Of a DNA stretch of 32,000 nucleotides, positions 9,823 to 19,256 are shown piece after piece. Where the stretch lies: positions 112,284 to 144,283 of the forward strand of contig JBAYVT010000005.1 of the NCBI GenBank assembly GCA_041674405.1. Direction: 5' to 3'. Position 1 is the stretch's first letter; the number at the start of each line of letters is the position of its first letter. The notes under the pieces were generated by a model that did no database searches, was not told where the DNA came from, and worked only from the letters and a program-made list of their open reading frames with translations. A program made the position numbers and the translations under genes. This DNA is from Patescibacteria group bacterium. GTDB taxonomy: Bacteria; Patescibacteriota; UBA1384; XYA2-FULL-43-10.

Positions 9823-10902
9823 TTAGTCCTTCATATCTTTTAATAGGAATTGAGAAATTTCACAAAGCCCATCGTGTTTTATTGCTTTGCTACAATTTTG
9901 GCCAAGCGTTTGTAAATTTTTGTTATCTGACAATAAATATTCTATTCTATCCATCAAGGTTTTGCCATTTAAATTCTCTTCGCGCAGAAGAATAGCTGCA
10001 TTTGCCCTTTCAAAAAATTTCGCATTTTTAAGCTGATGGTCAGCCGATGCATAGCGATATGGAATCAAAATCGCTGCCTTAGATAGAGCAGCCAATTCAC
10101 CAATCGTATTCGCTCCTGCTCGGCAAATTATAAGATCAGAAGAAATCATTGCTTTCTCTCCCTTTTGCATCGAGAAATCAAAAAAATAATACTCACCATC
10201 CCGGTTTTCCAATGTTTCATTAATTTTGACTGCTTTTTCGTAGCTATGTCTCCCGACCTGATGAACAATATCATACTTCTTAAGAAGACTCGGCAAAATT
10301 TCAAAAATTAAGTTATTCATGCTCACTGCACCCTGGCTTCCACCAGTAATAAAAATTTGCGGTTTAGCATTGTAGGAAGTCTTGCGTTTCGTGTTCGAAA
10401 TAGACTTGCGAACTATTAAACCGGAATAAATCGCATTAGGGGGAAGTTTTTCAGAATATATCGAGAGTGGAAAACTTAAAAAAACTTTTGAGGCCCTGTT
10501 TAAAAACAGTTTATTGGTTAGGCCAATAATTGAATCTGATTCATGTAAAGAAAAGGGAATTCGAAGCAAATTTGCGTTTGACAACACTGGTAAGGCACAG
10601 AATCCACCCTTGGAAAATATACTTCTTGGCCTGAAATAAACGAGCAAAATAAAAGATTGAATAAAACCGACGATAAGCTTCAGCCCTTCCCAAAAGTTAA
10701 TTAGCGAGAAACGTCGGTGCAATTTTCCCGATAAGATTTTAATACTTTTAGTGTTTTTAAAAAGTTCCAATTCGATTTTTGAACCAGAATGAAAAATTAT
10801 TGGTTCCGCGCCATTCTCTCTCAACTCATCATATATTTCCAAAACTGGCAAGGCATGGCCTCCAGTACTTGAAGATATTAAAATTATTCGTTTTTTTCGC
10901 AT
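9823..10902 (-). CDS. murG: undecaprenyldiphospho-muramoylpentapeptide beta-N-acetylglucosaminyltransferase
   Basis: 359 aa. GT28 N-terminus SSSTGGHALP, C-terminal ITGGSQGA...RAGANTIGEL. Located between ftsW and murC. Confidence 0.85.
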   Translation of the reverse strand: MRKKRIILISSSTGGHALPVLEIYDELRENGAEPIIFHSGSKIELELFKNTKSIKILSGKLHRRFSLINFWEGLKLIVGFIQSFILLVYFRPRSIFSKGGFCALPVLSNANLLRIPFSLHESDSIIGLTNKLFLNRASKVFLSFPLSIYSEKLPPNAIYSGLIVRKSISNTKRKTSYNAKPQIFITGGSQGAVSMNNLIFEILPSLLKKYDIVHQVGRHSYEKAVKINETLENRDGEYYFFDFSMQKGEKAMISSDLIICRAGANTIGELAALSKAAILIPYRYASADHQLKNAKFFERANAAILLREENLNGKTLMDRIEYLLSDNKNLQTLGQNCSKAIKHDGLCEISQFLLKDMKD

Positions 10903-10904
10903 GC

Positions 10905-12008
10905 TTAAGCCTCTTTAGAGATGTTAACCAGTATACCTGTTGCCGCCATTAAAAACAATAAGGACGAGCCTCCATAACTGATAAACGGAAGAGGAATTCC
11001 AGTAAGCGGAAGAATCGAAAGCATGGCACCGATATTGATGAATGCCTGCCAGAAAAACCATGTGGTAATTCCGATCGCCATTAAAGACGAAAATTTATCT
11101 GGAGCATTTTTAGCTATTTTATATCCGCGAAGTGCAACAAAACCAAAAATCAAAACAAATAAGGCACTGCGAAAAAAACCCAACTCCTCGGAAATGATTG
11201 CAAAAATAGAATCGGTATGGGCCTCGGGTAAATATAAATATTTCTGCCGGCTTTGCCCAAATCCCAAGCCAAACAATCCCCCAGATCCAACAGCAATTAG
11301 GGCGTTTCGAATGTGGTACCCAGCACCAGAAGCATCAGAGTTAGGATTGATAAATGCAGTCAGTCGTTCTAGCCGATATGGCTCAAGCTTAATTGCCAGA
11401 TAGACCAACAAGGCTCCTATTCCACCGCCAAATGCAATATTTTGCAACGAAACACCAGACATAAAAAACATTGCAGCGGCAATTCCCAACATAACCGTAA
11501 GAGTTCCAAGATCCTTCTGGACCAACATGATTAAAGAAATTACAATCATCACAATAAAAAATGGAATAGTCAAAGAATCAATTTCAGAATCCTTCTTTTT
11601 GGAAAACCAGCTTGCCAAATAAATTATTAATGTTATTTTTGCCATTTCAGCCGGCTGGAAAGAAGCTGTACCCAAACCTATCCAACGCTGCGCAGTATTT
11701 CCTTCTGAAAATCCTACAAAAATCGGTAATAACAGAAGCCCAATGGTAACATACAACATATATTTGCTATATTTTTCCCATACCCGGTAATCAATCGCCT
11801 GAAAAATTGTCCAGGTAATAAGGCCGAGTATAACAAACAGCACTTGCCTTGAAAGCCAATATTTGTCAGTAATGCCATTTGTGACCTGGAGAGAATAATA
11901 TTTGGAAACAGAATAAATCATGATAAGCCCAAATAAAACCAAGGCAAAAATCACGATTGATAACACATAATCAGATCTTTTTTTTCTGAAATTTACTCTG
12001 CTTTTCAT
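10905..12008 (-). CDS. ftsW: SEDS-family peptidoglycan glycosyltransferase FtsW
   Basis: 367 aa polytopic membrane protein. Motifs QPAEMAKI, PEAHTDSIFA, ISYGGSS. Sits at the dcw position between murD and murG. Confidence 0.85.
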   Translation of the reverse strand: MKSRVNFRKKRSDYVLSIVIFALVLFGLIMIYSVSKYYSLQVTNGITDKYWLSRQVLFVILGLITWTIFQAIDYRVWEKYSKYMLYVTIGLLLLPIFVGFSEGNTAQRWIGLGTASFQPAEMAKITLIIYLASWFSKKKDSEIDSLTIPFFIVMIVISLIMLVQKDLGTLTVMLGIAAAMFFMSGVSLQNIAFGGGIGALLVYLAIKLEPYRLERLTAFINPNSDASGAGYHIRNALIAVGSGGLFGLGFGQSRQKYLYLPEAHTDSIFAIISEELGFFRSALFVLIFGFVALRGYKIAKNAPDKFSSLMAIGITTWFFWQAFINIGAMLSILPLTGIPLPFISYGGSSLLFLMAATGILVNISKEA

Positions 12009-13483
12009 TTGGCTTGAGCTATCATTTCTTTAAATTTATTCCCTCGATCTTTATAGTTTTTGAACATATCAAATGATGCGCATGCTGGTGAAAAAATGAT
12101 TATGCTACCCGGTTTTGCGATTCTCAAAGATTCAAAAATTGCTTTTTTAAAATCATGATTCGCGCAAACAATTTCACCAGGAAAATTATATTTTTCAAGG
12201 CTATTTTTGATTTTTTTAGCTTCGTCTCCAATAAGTACAACCCCGGCAACGTTGCCATGAACAATTTTTTCCGCAAGTTCATCAAAATTTGCTCCCTTGC
12301 TGCTGCCGCCTAAAATCAAAATTTTTTCTGAAGAAAAAGAATTTATGGCAGCCATTGTTGGATCCGGATTAGTAGCAAAAGAGTCATTGTATATTTTTAC
12401 ACCATTGATTTCCCGAACAAATTCGAGTCTGTGGGGCAAAGGATCAAAATTTTTTACACCATCTCTTATTTCGTCAATGCTAGCGCCGGCAAGCATAGAT
12501 GTAATAGAGGCAGCAGCCACATTTTCTAAATTGTGCCGACCGACTAATTTTATTTCATCAGATCCGCAAATAATCTCTTCTTTGTCATCGATTCGTAATA
12601 CAACCTCATACACATCATTTTGATCTTCTTTTGTTCGTAGTTTGGCATTTGGATTTTGCAGTTTTCTAATAAATGCGCCCTCATCCACCGAATTTTCACC
12701 TGAAAAATAGTACGTTTTTCCAGAAGTTAAGCTTGCAAACTCAAACGAAGTTAAATAATCCTGATTAATAACAGCAAAGTCATTTTTGTTTTGAAATTTT
12801 ACTATAGACTCTTTTGCTTCGTGATATTCATTTTCATCTTTGTGATAATCCAGATGGTCGATAGAAATATTTGTGATTACAGCTATATGTGGACTTAAAT
12901 TTAAGTCTTGAAGCTGGAAACTTGAAAGCTCTAAAATTGCTGTATCTACTTCGGAAATTTCATCAATTAATGAAATTGCCGGATGCCCAATATTTCCGGC
13001 AAAAAAAACTTTATTTATGTTTCCGGATTTTTGATCCCAAAGGGACTCCTTCGGGGTTTTCTTCTTTAATATATCGTATATCAAGGAAGCAGTGGTCCCC
13101 TTTCCCTTTGTCCCAGTTACTCCAATTATACTTGCCGGGCACAATTCAAAGAAAAGTTTAATCTGACTGGATATCTCGACGCCATTTGCTTTGGCTTCTT
13201 GAATTTCTGGGCTCAAATATGGAATCCCGGGAGAGCGGAATATGACATCAAAGCGTTTTAAATTAAATAAATATTCTTTACCAAAAATTTTCGAAAAAGT
13301 TGGATTGTCAAGAATTTCAGAAATTCCAGGAAGGTCCTGATTCTTCCGAAGATCATCTTCTTCCTTCTGGTCAAGCAGGGTTACACTTTCACACTTATTG
13401 ACAAGAAAAGCTGACAGGGCGACGCCCTCAATGCCCAAACCCAACACTGCCACCTTTTTGTCTTTAAAACGGAAGTTTTTCAT
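12005..13483 (-). CDS. murD: UDP-N-acetylmuramoylalanine--D-glutamate ligase
   Basis: 492 aa. N-terminal Rossmann VLGLGIEG, P-loop GVTGTKGKGTT, NDSFATN. ATGA-type overlap with ftsW. Confidence 0.9.
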   Translation of the reverse strand: MKNFRFKDKKVAVLGLGIEGVALSAFLVNKCESVTLLDQKEEDDLRKNQDLPGISEILDNPTFSKIFGKEYLFNLKRFDVIFRSPGIPYLSPEIQEAKANGVEISSQIKLFFELCPASIIGVTGTKGKGTTASLIYDILKKKTPKESLWDQKSGNINKVFFAGNIGHPAISLIDEISEVDTAILELSSFQLQDLNLSPHIAVITNISIDHLDYHKDENEYHEAKESIVKFQNKNDFAVINQDYLTSFEFASLTSGKTYYFSGENSVDEGAFIRKLQNPNAKLRTKEDQNDVYEVVLRIDDKEEIICGSDEIKLVGRHNLENVAAASITSMLAGASIDEIRDGVKNFDPLPHRLEFVREINGVKIYNDSFATNPDPTMAAINSFSSEKILILGGSSKGANFDELAEKIVHGNVAGVVLIGDEAKKIKNSLEKYNFPGEIVCANHDFKKAIFESLRIAKPGSIIIFSPACASFDMFKNYKDRGNKFKEMIAQAK

Positions 13484-13527
13484 AGTTCTATTTTATCTCA
13501 AATTCACTTTATATTTAAGAGTAAACG

Positions 13528-14544
13528 CTATTTTCCAGTTCCAAGAAGGGCAATGACCAAGCCGGCAATCGTTGAGACAGCTCCAATAATCCAAAAACGC
13601 ATTGTGATCTTATATTCGGGCCACCCAATTGCTTCAAAATGATGGTGAATTGGCGATGATAAAAATATTTTTTTGCCATTGCGAAGCTTCTTCGATAAAA
13701 ATTGGACAATAAAACTTAAGCCCTCAATTGTAAAAATGAGCGTAATAATGGGAAGAACTATGACGGAATTAGTCAGAAAAGCAATTACGCCAAGGGTTAA
13801 TCCTAGTGCCATCGAACCCGTGTCTCCCATAAAAAACCTCGCTGGTGGAATATTGAACCACAAGAATGCCAAGAGTGCACCCATCACTGTGCCGCAAAAG
13901 GCAGCCAACTCTACCTTACCTTGTGTTAGGGCAATGACAGCATAGGCAAAATACGCTAAAGCGAAAATGCCACCAGCCAGCCCATCCAGGCCGTCAGTTT
14001 CATTTGATGAAAATGCCATCCACACCAACGCAATGATAAAGAGAGGAATGTACCAGGCCCCAATCACATAATCACCAAAACCGGGCACATGAATGCTGTC
14101 CCAGCCCAATTTTACATAAAACCACCAAGCGCCCGTTGCTGCAATTACCGCATATAATAAAAATTTGTCTCTAAATCGCATACCACCACCATTTGGTCCT
14201 TGTCCTCGAATGTTCATAAGGTCATCAACAGCCCCCACTATTCCGGTAGCAACAAGACAAAAAAGTGGTAACCAGGTTGCCGATCTTTCAAGATTAAAAA
14301 TTAGGGTAAGAAGTGCCGTAGTTACCCAAATCAAAATTCCTCCCATTGTAGGAGTTCCGGCCTTTTTGGCGTGGAGCGAAGCCATAATTGGCGCATTCTT
14401 ACTTTCTCGAATTCTTTTTCCGAGGTTATTTTTATACAAAAAATTTGTAAAAACCGGTGTCCAGGCTACCGCAATCAAAAAAGAGATCACCGATAACCAT
14501 AGAAGACGAGTGAGGTCCGGAATAAAAATTTTGATAATTTCCAT
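13528..14544 (-). CDS. mraY: phospho-N-acetylmuramoyl-pentapeptide transferase
   Basis: 338 aa. Motifs KKAGTPTMGG, VGAVDD, NETDGLDGLA, MGDTGS. SD AAAGGAG upstream of ATG 14544. Confidence 0.95.
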   Translation of the reverse strand: MEIIKIFIPDLTRLLWLSVISFLIAVAWTPVFTNFLYKNNLGKRIRESKNAPIMASLHAKKAGTPTMGGILIWVTTALLTLIFNLERSATWLPLFCLVATGIVGAVDDLMNIRGQGPNGGGMRFRDKFLLYAVIAATGAWWFYVKLGWDSIHVPGFGDYVIGAWYIPLFIIALVWMAFSSNETDGLDGLAGGIFALAYFAYAVIALTQGKVELAAFCGTVMGALLAFLWFNIPPARFFMGDTGSMALGLTLGVIAFLTNSVIVLPIITLIFTIEGLSFIVQFLSKKLRNGKKIFLSSPIHHHFEAIGWPEYKITMRFWIIGAVSTIAGLVIALLGTGK

Positions 14545-14600
14545 ATGTGATTCTCCTTTACCGATCCAATATATCAGAGGAACTAATCTTATGGAAGGGG

Positions 14601-16325
14601 TTAGTTCGAAGGTTTATTGGGCACTAGTTTATAATAATAATTTACTAAAAAATTTCCAATTTGCCCCCAAACCGGTGCCGAGGTTGACTCTGCATATGTC
14701 GCGGCTTTGGGTTTATCTAGCTTAACCAACATTACAAATCTCGGATCGTTTGCAGGAGCAAAACCCATGAATGAATGGTTGAAAATTCCCTCTTCATACC
14801 CCCCTTCTGGCTTAGGAACTTGGGCAGTTCCTGTTTTGACAGCAATTTCAACCCCGGGAATAGCTGCCTTTTGATCATGCCCTGTGGCAAAAACCGATTT
14901 TAACATTTCCGTCACTTGTGCTGCGGTTTCAGTTTTTACAACCTGCTTTCCTTCTGTTTTCTGAATCTGAGTTTCAGTGCCATCAGAATTAAGTATTTTA
15001 TCAACAACATGCGGGTAAATATATTTGCCCTTGTTGGCAATCGCAGTGTAGGCACAAACCATTTCAAGCGGAGTTACAGAAACACCCTGGCCAAATGCAA
15101 TAGTTGCCCGGTTAATATCCTGCCATTGCTTGAAAGGCGGGACAGAGCCTTCAACTTCCCCGTCAAGGTCTATGTTTGTTTTATTCAAAATATTAAATTC
15201 ATTTAAATATTTATAAATATTATCTTTACCTTCTTTTTCAGAAACCCACGCCATACCAATGTTATCTGAATTTTGAATGATCTGAGACATATTTTCTGTA
15301 CCAAACGCTTTCCCCTCCGCTGTATGAATTGTATATCCGCCAATCTCGACCTCGGATCCAAAAGTTTCTGTTGTGTCGGGAGTAACCGCACCGCTATCAA
15401 GCGCGCCTGCCATCGTGATCGGTTTCATAATGCTGCCAGGTTCATAGAGCCCGGAAATTGCCGGGTTCATAAAAATATTTGAATTGTCTTTTGCTACTAT
15501 TCGATATTGGTTCGGATCATAACCGGGTTCATTTGCCATGGCCACAATCCCGCCCGTCTTAACATCCATTATTATAATTGTTCCTGAATCGGCTTGATAT
15601 TTAGTGAGTGACTCTCTGAGCGTCCGCTCAACATAATACTGCACAGACCGATCTATAGTAAGGACATAACTGGTTCCATCCTTCGGATCCTTTTGTTCAA
15701 GAAGATTAATCACTCTCCCTAACGTGTCTTTTTCTCCAATGGTCTGCCCTGATGTTCCTTGCAGCTCTTTATCATAATGCCCCTCAAACCCATAATTTCC
15801 TTTTCCCTCAGCATTCACAAAACCAAGAAGCTGAGACGCCAAGGTTAATTCAGGATAATAACGGCTATATTCCGGCATAATAAAGACTCCGGAAAATTTT
15901 TTAGCCTTTATCTGATCCGAAAGTTCGTAACTCATACCCTTTTTAATTGGAGGAACGTACAATTTATCGTTATTGATCTCATCAAAAATTGTTTTACTAT
16001 CCACCCCGACCAGAGCACTGAGCTCATCCGCAGTTTTTTCCTTATCTATCACTTGTTTAGGCACAACCCAAAGGGAAAAAGATTTTACATCAAAAGCCAG
16101 CGGATAAAGAGAATCCTCTCCTCCGATTGAGTCGTGAACATAGATTCTTCCGCGTTGTGCGATATCAGTCGTCTCAAAACGTTGTTGGCCTTCTGCGAGT
16201 GCAATATATTCGCTGTGTTGCAAAATTTGTTTTTCAAACATCCGCCACAAAATCACCGCTACCATAATTACCGCGAGTACGCTAATAACTTTAAAGCGGT
16301 TTATCAATTTATTTTGTGAATTCAT
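14601..16325 (-). CDS. ftsI: class B penicillin-binding protein (FtsI/PBP2-type transpeptidase)
   Basis: 574 aa. N-terminal TM anchor and PBP dimerisation region. Motifs SIMKP (SxxK), SDN (SxN), KTGTA. Sits at the dcw position after the FtsL-like gene. Confidence 0.8.
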   Translation of the reverse strand: MNSQNKLINRFKVISVLAVIMVAVILWRMFEKQILQHSEYIALAEGQQRFETTDIAQRGRIYVHDSIGGEDSLYPLAFDVKSFSLWVVPKQVIDKEKTADELSALVGVDSKTIFDEINNDKLYVPPIKKGMSYELSDQIKAKKFSGVFIMPEYSRYYPELTLASQLLGFVNAEGKGNYGFEGHYDKELQGTSGQTIGEKDTLGRVINLLEQKDPKDGTSYVLTIDRSVQYYVERTLRESLTKYQADSGTIIIMDVKTGGIVAMANEPGYDPNQYRIVAKDNSNIFMNPAISGLYEPGSIMKPITMAGALDSGAVTPDTTETFGSEVEIGGYTIHTAEGKAFGTENMSQIIQNSDNIGMAWVSEKEGKDNIYKYLNEFNILNKTNIDLDGEVEGSVPPFKQWQDINRATIAFGQGVSVTPLEMVCAYTAIANKGKYIYPHVVDKILNSDGTETQIQKTEGKQVVKTETAAQVTEMLKSVFATGHDQKAAIPGVEIAVKTGTAQVPKPEGGYEEGIFNHSFMGFAPANDPRFVMLVKLDKPKAATYAESTSAPVWGQIGNFLVNYYYKLVPNKPSN

Positions 16326-16326
16326 A

Positions 16327-16791
16327 TTATCTAAGAGCCACTGCCCTGTTTGCTTCGTTCAAATAATCAACACTGGTTACCGGGGTCATTGGCTGTTTTT
16401 CAATATTCGCATCGATTTGATTCAATGAATTCAGCCTGGCTTTTTCAACCTCCAGCTGTTCTTTTTGGAGTTCTAGGTCAGTTGATTTGCTAGTAAGATC
16501 ACGAATCTCAATACTCCTGTTTGCCCCAGCCGTTGATTGGGTCAAATATACTATTGCAAGGATGGCAAAAATAGCAATACTGATAAATTTTATAGCTGTA
16601 GAACCGATTTTTATTTCTTTTTTAATCGCTCTCTTTTTGACACCAACACTGGTCTCACGGCTACCTGTGATAGTTAAAATTCTGCCCACGAAATCTCCTT
16701 TTGTTTTGGATTTTAATTTTTTAGTCAGCAGCCAAATTTTTGTTTTTGATAGTATCGCTTTTGAAATTTCGCTGTTTGTTTGAAAATCCAC
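16327..16791 (-). CDS. membrane-anchored coiled-coil protein at the ftsL position (FtsL/DivIC-like); GTG start
   Basis: 154 aa. Basic N-terminus, one TM segment (AIKFISIAIFAILAIVYL), then a heptad-like stretch LELQKEQLEVEKARLNSL. The only start after the in-frame upstream TGA is GTG at 16791..16789. Confidence 0.5.
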   Translation of the reverse strand: MDFQTNSEISKAILSKTKIWLLTKKLKSKTKGDFVGRILTITGSRETSVGVKKRAIKKEIKIGSTAIKFISIAIFAILAIVYLTQSTAGANRSIEIRDLTSKSTDLELQKEQLEVEKARLNSLNQIDANIEKQPMTPVTSVDYLNEANRAVALR

Positions 16792-16890
16792 TTTAGATCG
16801 TGGAGATCATGCCTTTGCCCCTCCTTTGTCCTCCTCCGTATCCCAAACGAGAACGGGCGTAAGCTTTTTTGGTGGCTGCTGACTAAAAAC

Positions 16891-17322
16891 TTAAAATCCA
16901 ATTTCGGAAAGATTTTCGGCAATATCATCCGAATTATCTTCCATTTCTTTTTTAAAGTTCTTCCAAGTATCTTCTGGCCATACTTCGATTCTGTTAAACA
17001 CTCCCGCAACAACGGCTTTAGTCTTGATCCCAGCATATTCCTTGAGGTATCCCGGGAGAATAATTCTGCCGGCGCGATCCAGTTTTGAATCTGTAGCTCC
17101 GGAAAGCATGAGCCTTGAAAAGCTTCGGGCATTTTTTTGTGTGAGCGGTAATTCTGCGATCTTACCCGCCAACTTTTCCCACTCGGCGATGGAATATATC
17201 CACAGGCAATGATCTAAGCCACGAGTAACCACGCACCCCTCCGAAAGCGATGCACGAAATTTGGCCGGTATTGAGAGCCTGCCTTTTTCATCAATCGAGT
17301 GTGTGAATTCGCCAATGAACAT
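16891..17322 (-). CDS. mraZ: transcriptional regulator MraZ
   Basis: 143 aa. MFIGEFTHSIDEKGRLSIPAKFR plus a second SpoVT/AbrB-like half DRAGRIILPGYLKEYA. It is the first gene of the dcw cluster. Confidence 0.9.
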   Translation of the reverse strand: MFIGEFTHSIDEKGRLSIPAKFRASLSEGCVVTRGLDHCLWIYSIAEWEKLAGKIAELPLTQKNARSFSRLMLSGATDSKLDRAGRIILPGYLKEYAGIKTKAVVAGVFNRIEVWPEDTWKNFKKEMEDNSDDIAENLSEIGF

Positions 17323-17526
17323 GTTAGAAAATTTCCAATGATTAAAAGCTGAAAGCTACAAGCTGACAGCTGATTTTCGTTGACACGAAAACCAAGGCCC
17401 TCTCTTTGCCTGTAGGTTGTGAAGTTGCATTTTTGTTTACCTCGAGAGACTTTGTCTCGAGAGGTTGAATTTTTGTTTTTTGATATTTTCTGTGAGCTTT
17501 TGTGGAATGCTTCTGTGATCGATTAC

Positions 17527-17552
17527 TCCCACTTTTTCCCACTTGTTCCCAT
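17527..17552 (-). promoter_or_regulatory. MraZ operator: three direct TGGGA repeats at 10-bp phasing
   Basis: The minus strand reads A-TGGGA-ACAAG-TGGGA-AAAAG-TGGGA-G. On the plus strand these are TCCCAC at 17527 and 17537 and TCCCAT at 17547. This matches the known MraZ-box layout of TGGGN repeats with 5-nt spacers. Confidence 0.7.
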
Positions 17553-17579
17553 TTTAGTCCGATATATATTGCTGGTCAA
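17551..17579 (-). promoter_or_regulatory. mraZ/dcw promoter candidate
   Basis: Minus strand: TTGACC (17579..17574), 17-nt spacer, TAAAAT (17556..17551). The -10 overlaps the first MraZ box. This implies a ~220-nt leader before ATG 17322. Confidence 0.55.
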
Positions 17580-17745
17580 TATAAAAAGCCCACAAATTTC
17601 CAAAAATCTGTGGATAATATATGCTACGAGCTAATTCATTAGTCTGGATTTATATTTTTAAAAAAGATTCTATTACCGGAATATTATCTTCAATTAAAAA
17701 ATTATCAAATTTTTACTTACAATTTTGACTTTTGAGTTTGAGAAA

Positions 17746-19104
17746 CTATTTTAATTTTCCGCAAATATGTTCTGTAACTTTATCAATGGCGACCCGCTCC
17801 TGTTTCATTGTGTCGCGATCGCGAATTGTGACTGAATTGTCTTTTAAGGAATCAAAATCAACCGTCACGCACCAAGGGGTCCCGATCTCATCCTGCCTTC
17901 TATACCTTCGACCAACCGAGCCTGATTCGTCATAAAACACATTGAGCCCTGCGGCCTTAAGCTCATCCGATATCTTCTTGGCAACCTCTGGAAGCCCCTC
18001 TTTCTTCATGAGTGGGAAAACGGCAACTTTCACCGGTGCTAGCTTGGGGTGCAAACGTAGGGTCACCTCGCCGGATTCGCGGCCATCCGATCCATCGGAT
18101 TCATCATAGGCATCACAAAGGAAGGCGAGCAGTGCCCGGTCAATTCCCATCGAAGGCTCAACTACATACGGAATGAAGCGTTTGCCGCCTTGTTCATCGA
18201 AATACGAAAGATCTGTGCCTGAGAACTTTGTGTGTTGTGAAAGATCGAAATCAGTTCGCTGGGCAATCCCGGCAAGCTCAGATTGGCCAAACGGATATTT
18301 ATATTCGATATCAGACGTGCCGATCGAGTAATGCGACAGCTTCTCCTTCGGGTGTTCGTATATAGCTAAATTGTCCTCTTTGATGCCGAGATCGGTGTAG
18401 AAATGTTTTACCGCATCGATCCAGGTAGTGTACCACTTTTTAGATTCCTCTTTGTCAGGCGTGATGAAATACTCTATTTCAGCCTGCTCGAACTCACGCG
18501 TACGGAAAATATAGTTGCCAGGCGTGATTTCGTTCCTAAAAGCCTTTCCGATCTGGGCGATACCGAATGGGATTTTTTTTCTCGACGATTCAGTCACGTT
18601 TTTGAAGTTGACGAATATACCCTGGGCAGTCTCACCACGCAGATATGTGAGGGTAGAGCTGTCTTCTACAGGACCCAGGAATGTCTTTACGAGAATATTG
18701 AAACTCTTCTCCTCTGTAAGCTCGCCGCCGCAATCCGGGCAAACGTCTTTCTCGAGCTGATCGGCTCGGAATCTGTGATGGCACTTTTTGCACTCACGAA
18801 GAGGATCGGTGAAGCCTGATCCTGTGTGACCAGAAGCCTCCCAAACCTTCGCATTCATGATTATACCTGCATCGAGACCGACCATATCTTCGCGTGAAGT
18901 GACAAATTTCCTCCACCATTCGTCTTTCAGATTCCGCTTCATCTCCACGCCCAAGGGGCCAAAGTCGTACACTCCGCCGATTCCGCCATATATCTCGGAA
19001 GATTGGAATATAAATCCCCTTCTCTTGCAGAGCGAAATGATCTTATCCATTTTATCTCGAGAAGCGTCAGCGACGAGAGACGATTCCATATTTTCTTTGG
19101 CCAT
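17746..19104 (-). CDS. glyQS: glycine--tRNA ligase (single-chain alpha2 type)
   Basis: 452 aa. Motifs FQSSEIYGG, RGETAQGIF, FRNEITPGN, the CKKCHHRFRAD...CPDCGG insertion, and a C-terminal anticodon-binding domain. GC is visibly higher than in neighbouring genes (34/60 in line 18061-18120). Confidence 0.9.
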   Translation of the reverse strand: MAKENMESSLVADASRDKMDKIISLCKRRGFIFQSSEIYGGIGGVYDFGPLGVEMKRNLKDEWWRKFVTSREDMVGLDAGIIMNAKVWEASGHTGSGFTDPLRECKKCHHRFRADQLEKDVCPDCGGELTEEKSFNILVKTFLGPVEDSSTLTYLRGETAQGIFVNFKNVTESSRKKIPFGIAQIGKAFRNEITPGNYIFRTREFEQAEIEYFITPDKEESKKWYTTWIDAVKHFYTDLGIKEDNLAIYEHPKEKLSHYSIGTSDIEYKYPFGQSELAGIAQRTDFDLSQHTKFSGTDLSYFDEQGGKRFIPYVVEPSMGIDRALLAFLCDAYDESDGSDGRESGEVTLRLHPKLAPVKVAVFPLMKKEGLPEVAKKISDELKAAGLNVFYDESGSVGRRYRRQDEIGTPWCVTVDFDSLKDNSVTIRDRDTMKQERVAIDKVTEHICGKLK

Positions 19105-19256
19105 TTTAGGTCCTTTTGCTATTTCTAGATTCAGAATATCATTTTATTGCCAAATTCACAATCTATAGCTATTTACCTTGACTATTTGCCGGTTTTATGA
19201 TATCGTGCTTACGCACCCATAGGGTGACTACTGAATTGCCAAGGAGGCAAACCGCT

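Noticed and set aside
14165-14725. 186-aa plus-strand ORF
   Set aside because: It is antisense to mraY and the ftsI 3' end. The MraY frame has all the diagnostic motifs.
16725-17132. 135-aa minus-strand ORF overlapping mraZ and the FtsL-like start
   Set aside because: It is an alternative frame of mraZ. The MraZ frame has the canonical GEFTHSIDEKGRLSIP N-terminus.
17440-17464. Apparent long hairpin or terminator in the mraZ leader (CCTCGAGAGACTTTGTCTCGAGAGG)
   Set aside because: On checking the base pairs, it is a direct repeat of CTCGAGAG. Only the internal CTCGAG palindromes can pair, giving a 6-bp stem, so it is not a convincing terminator.
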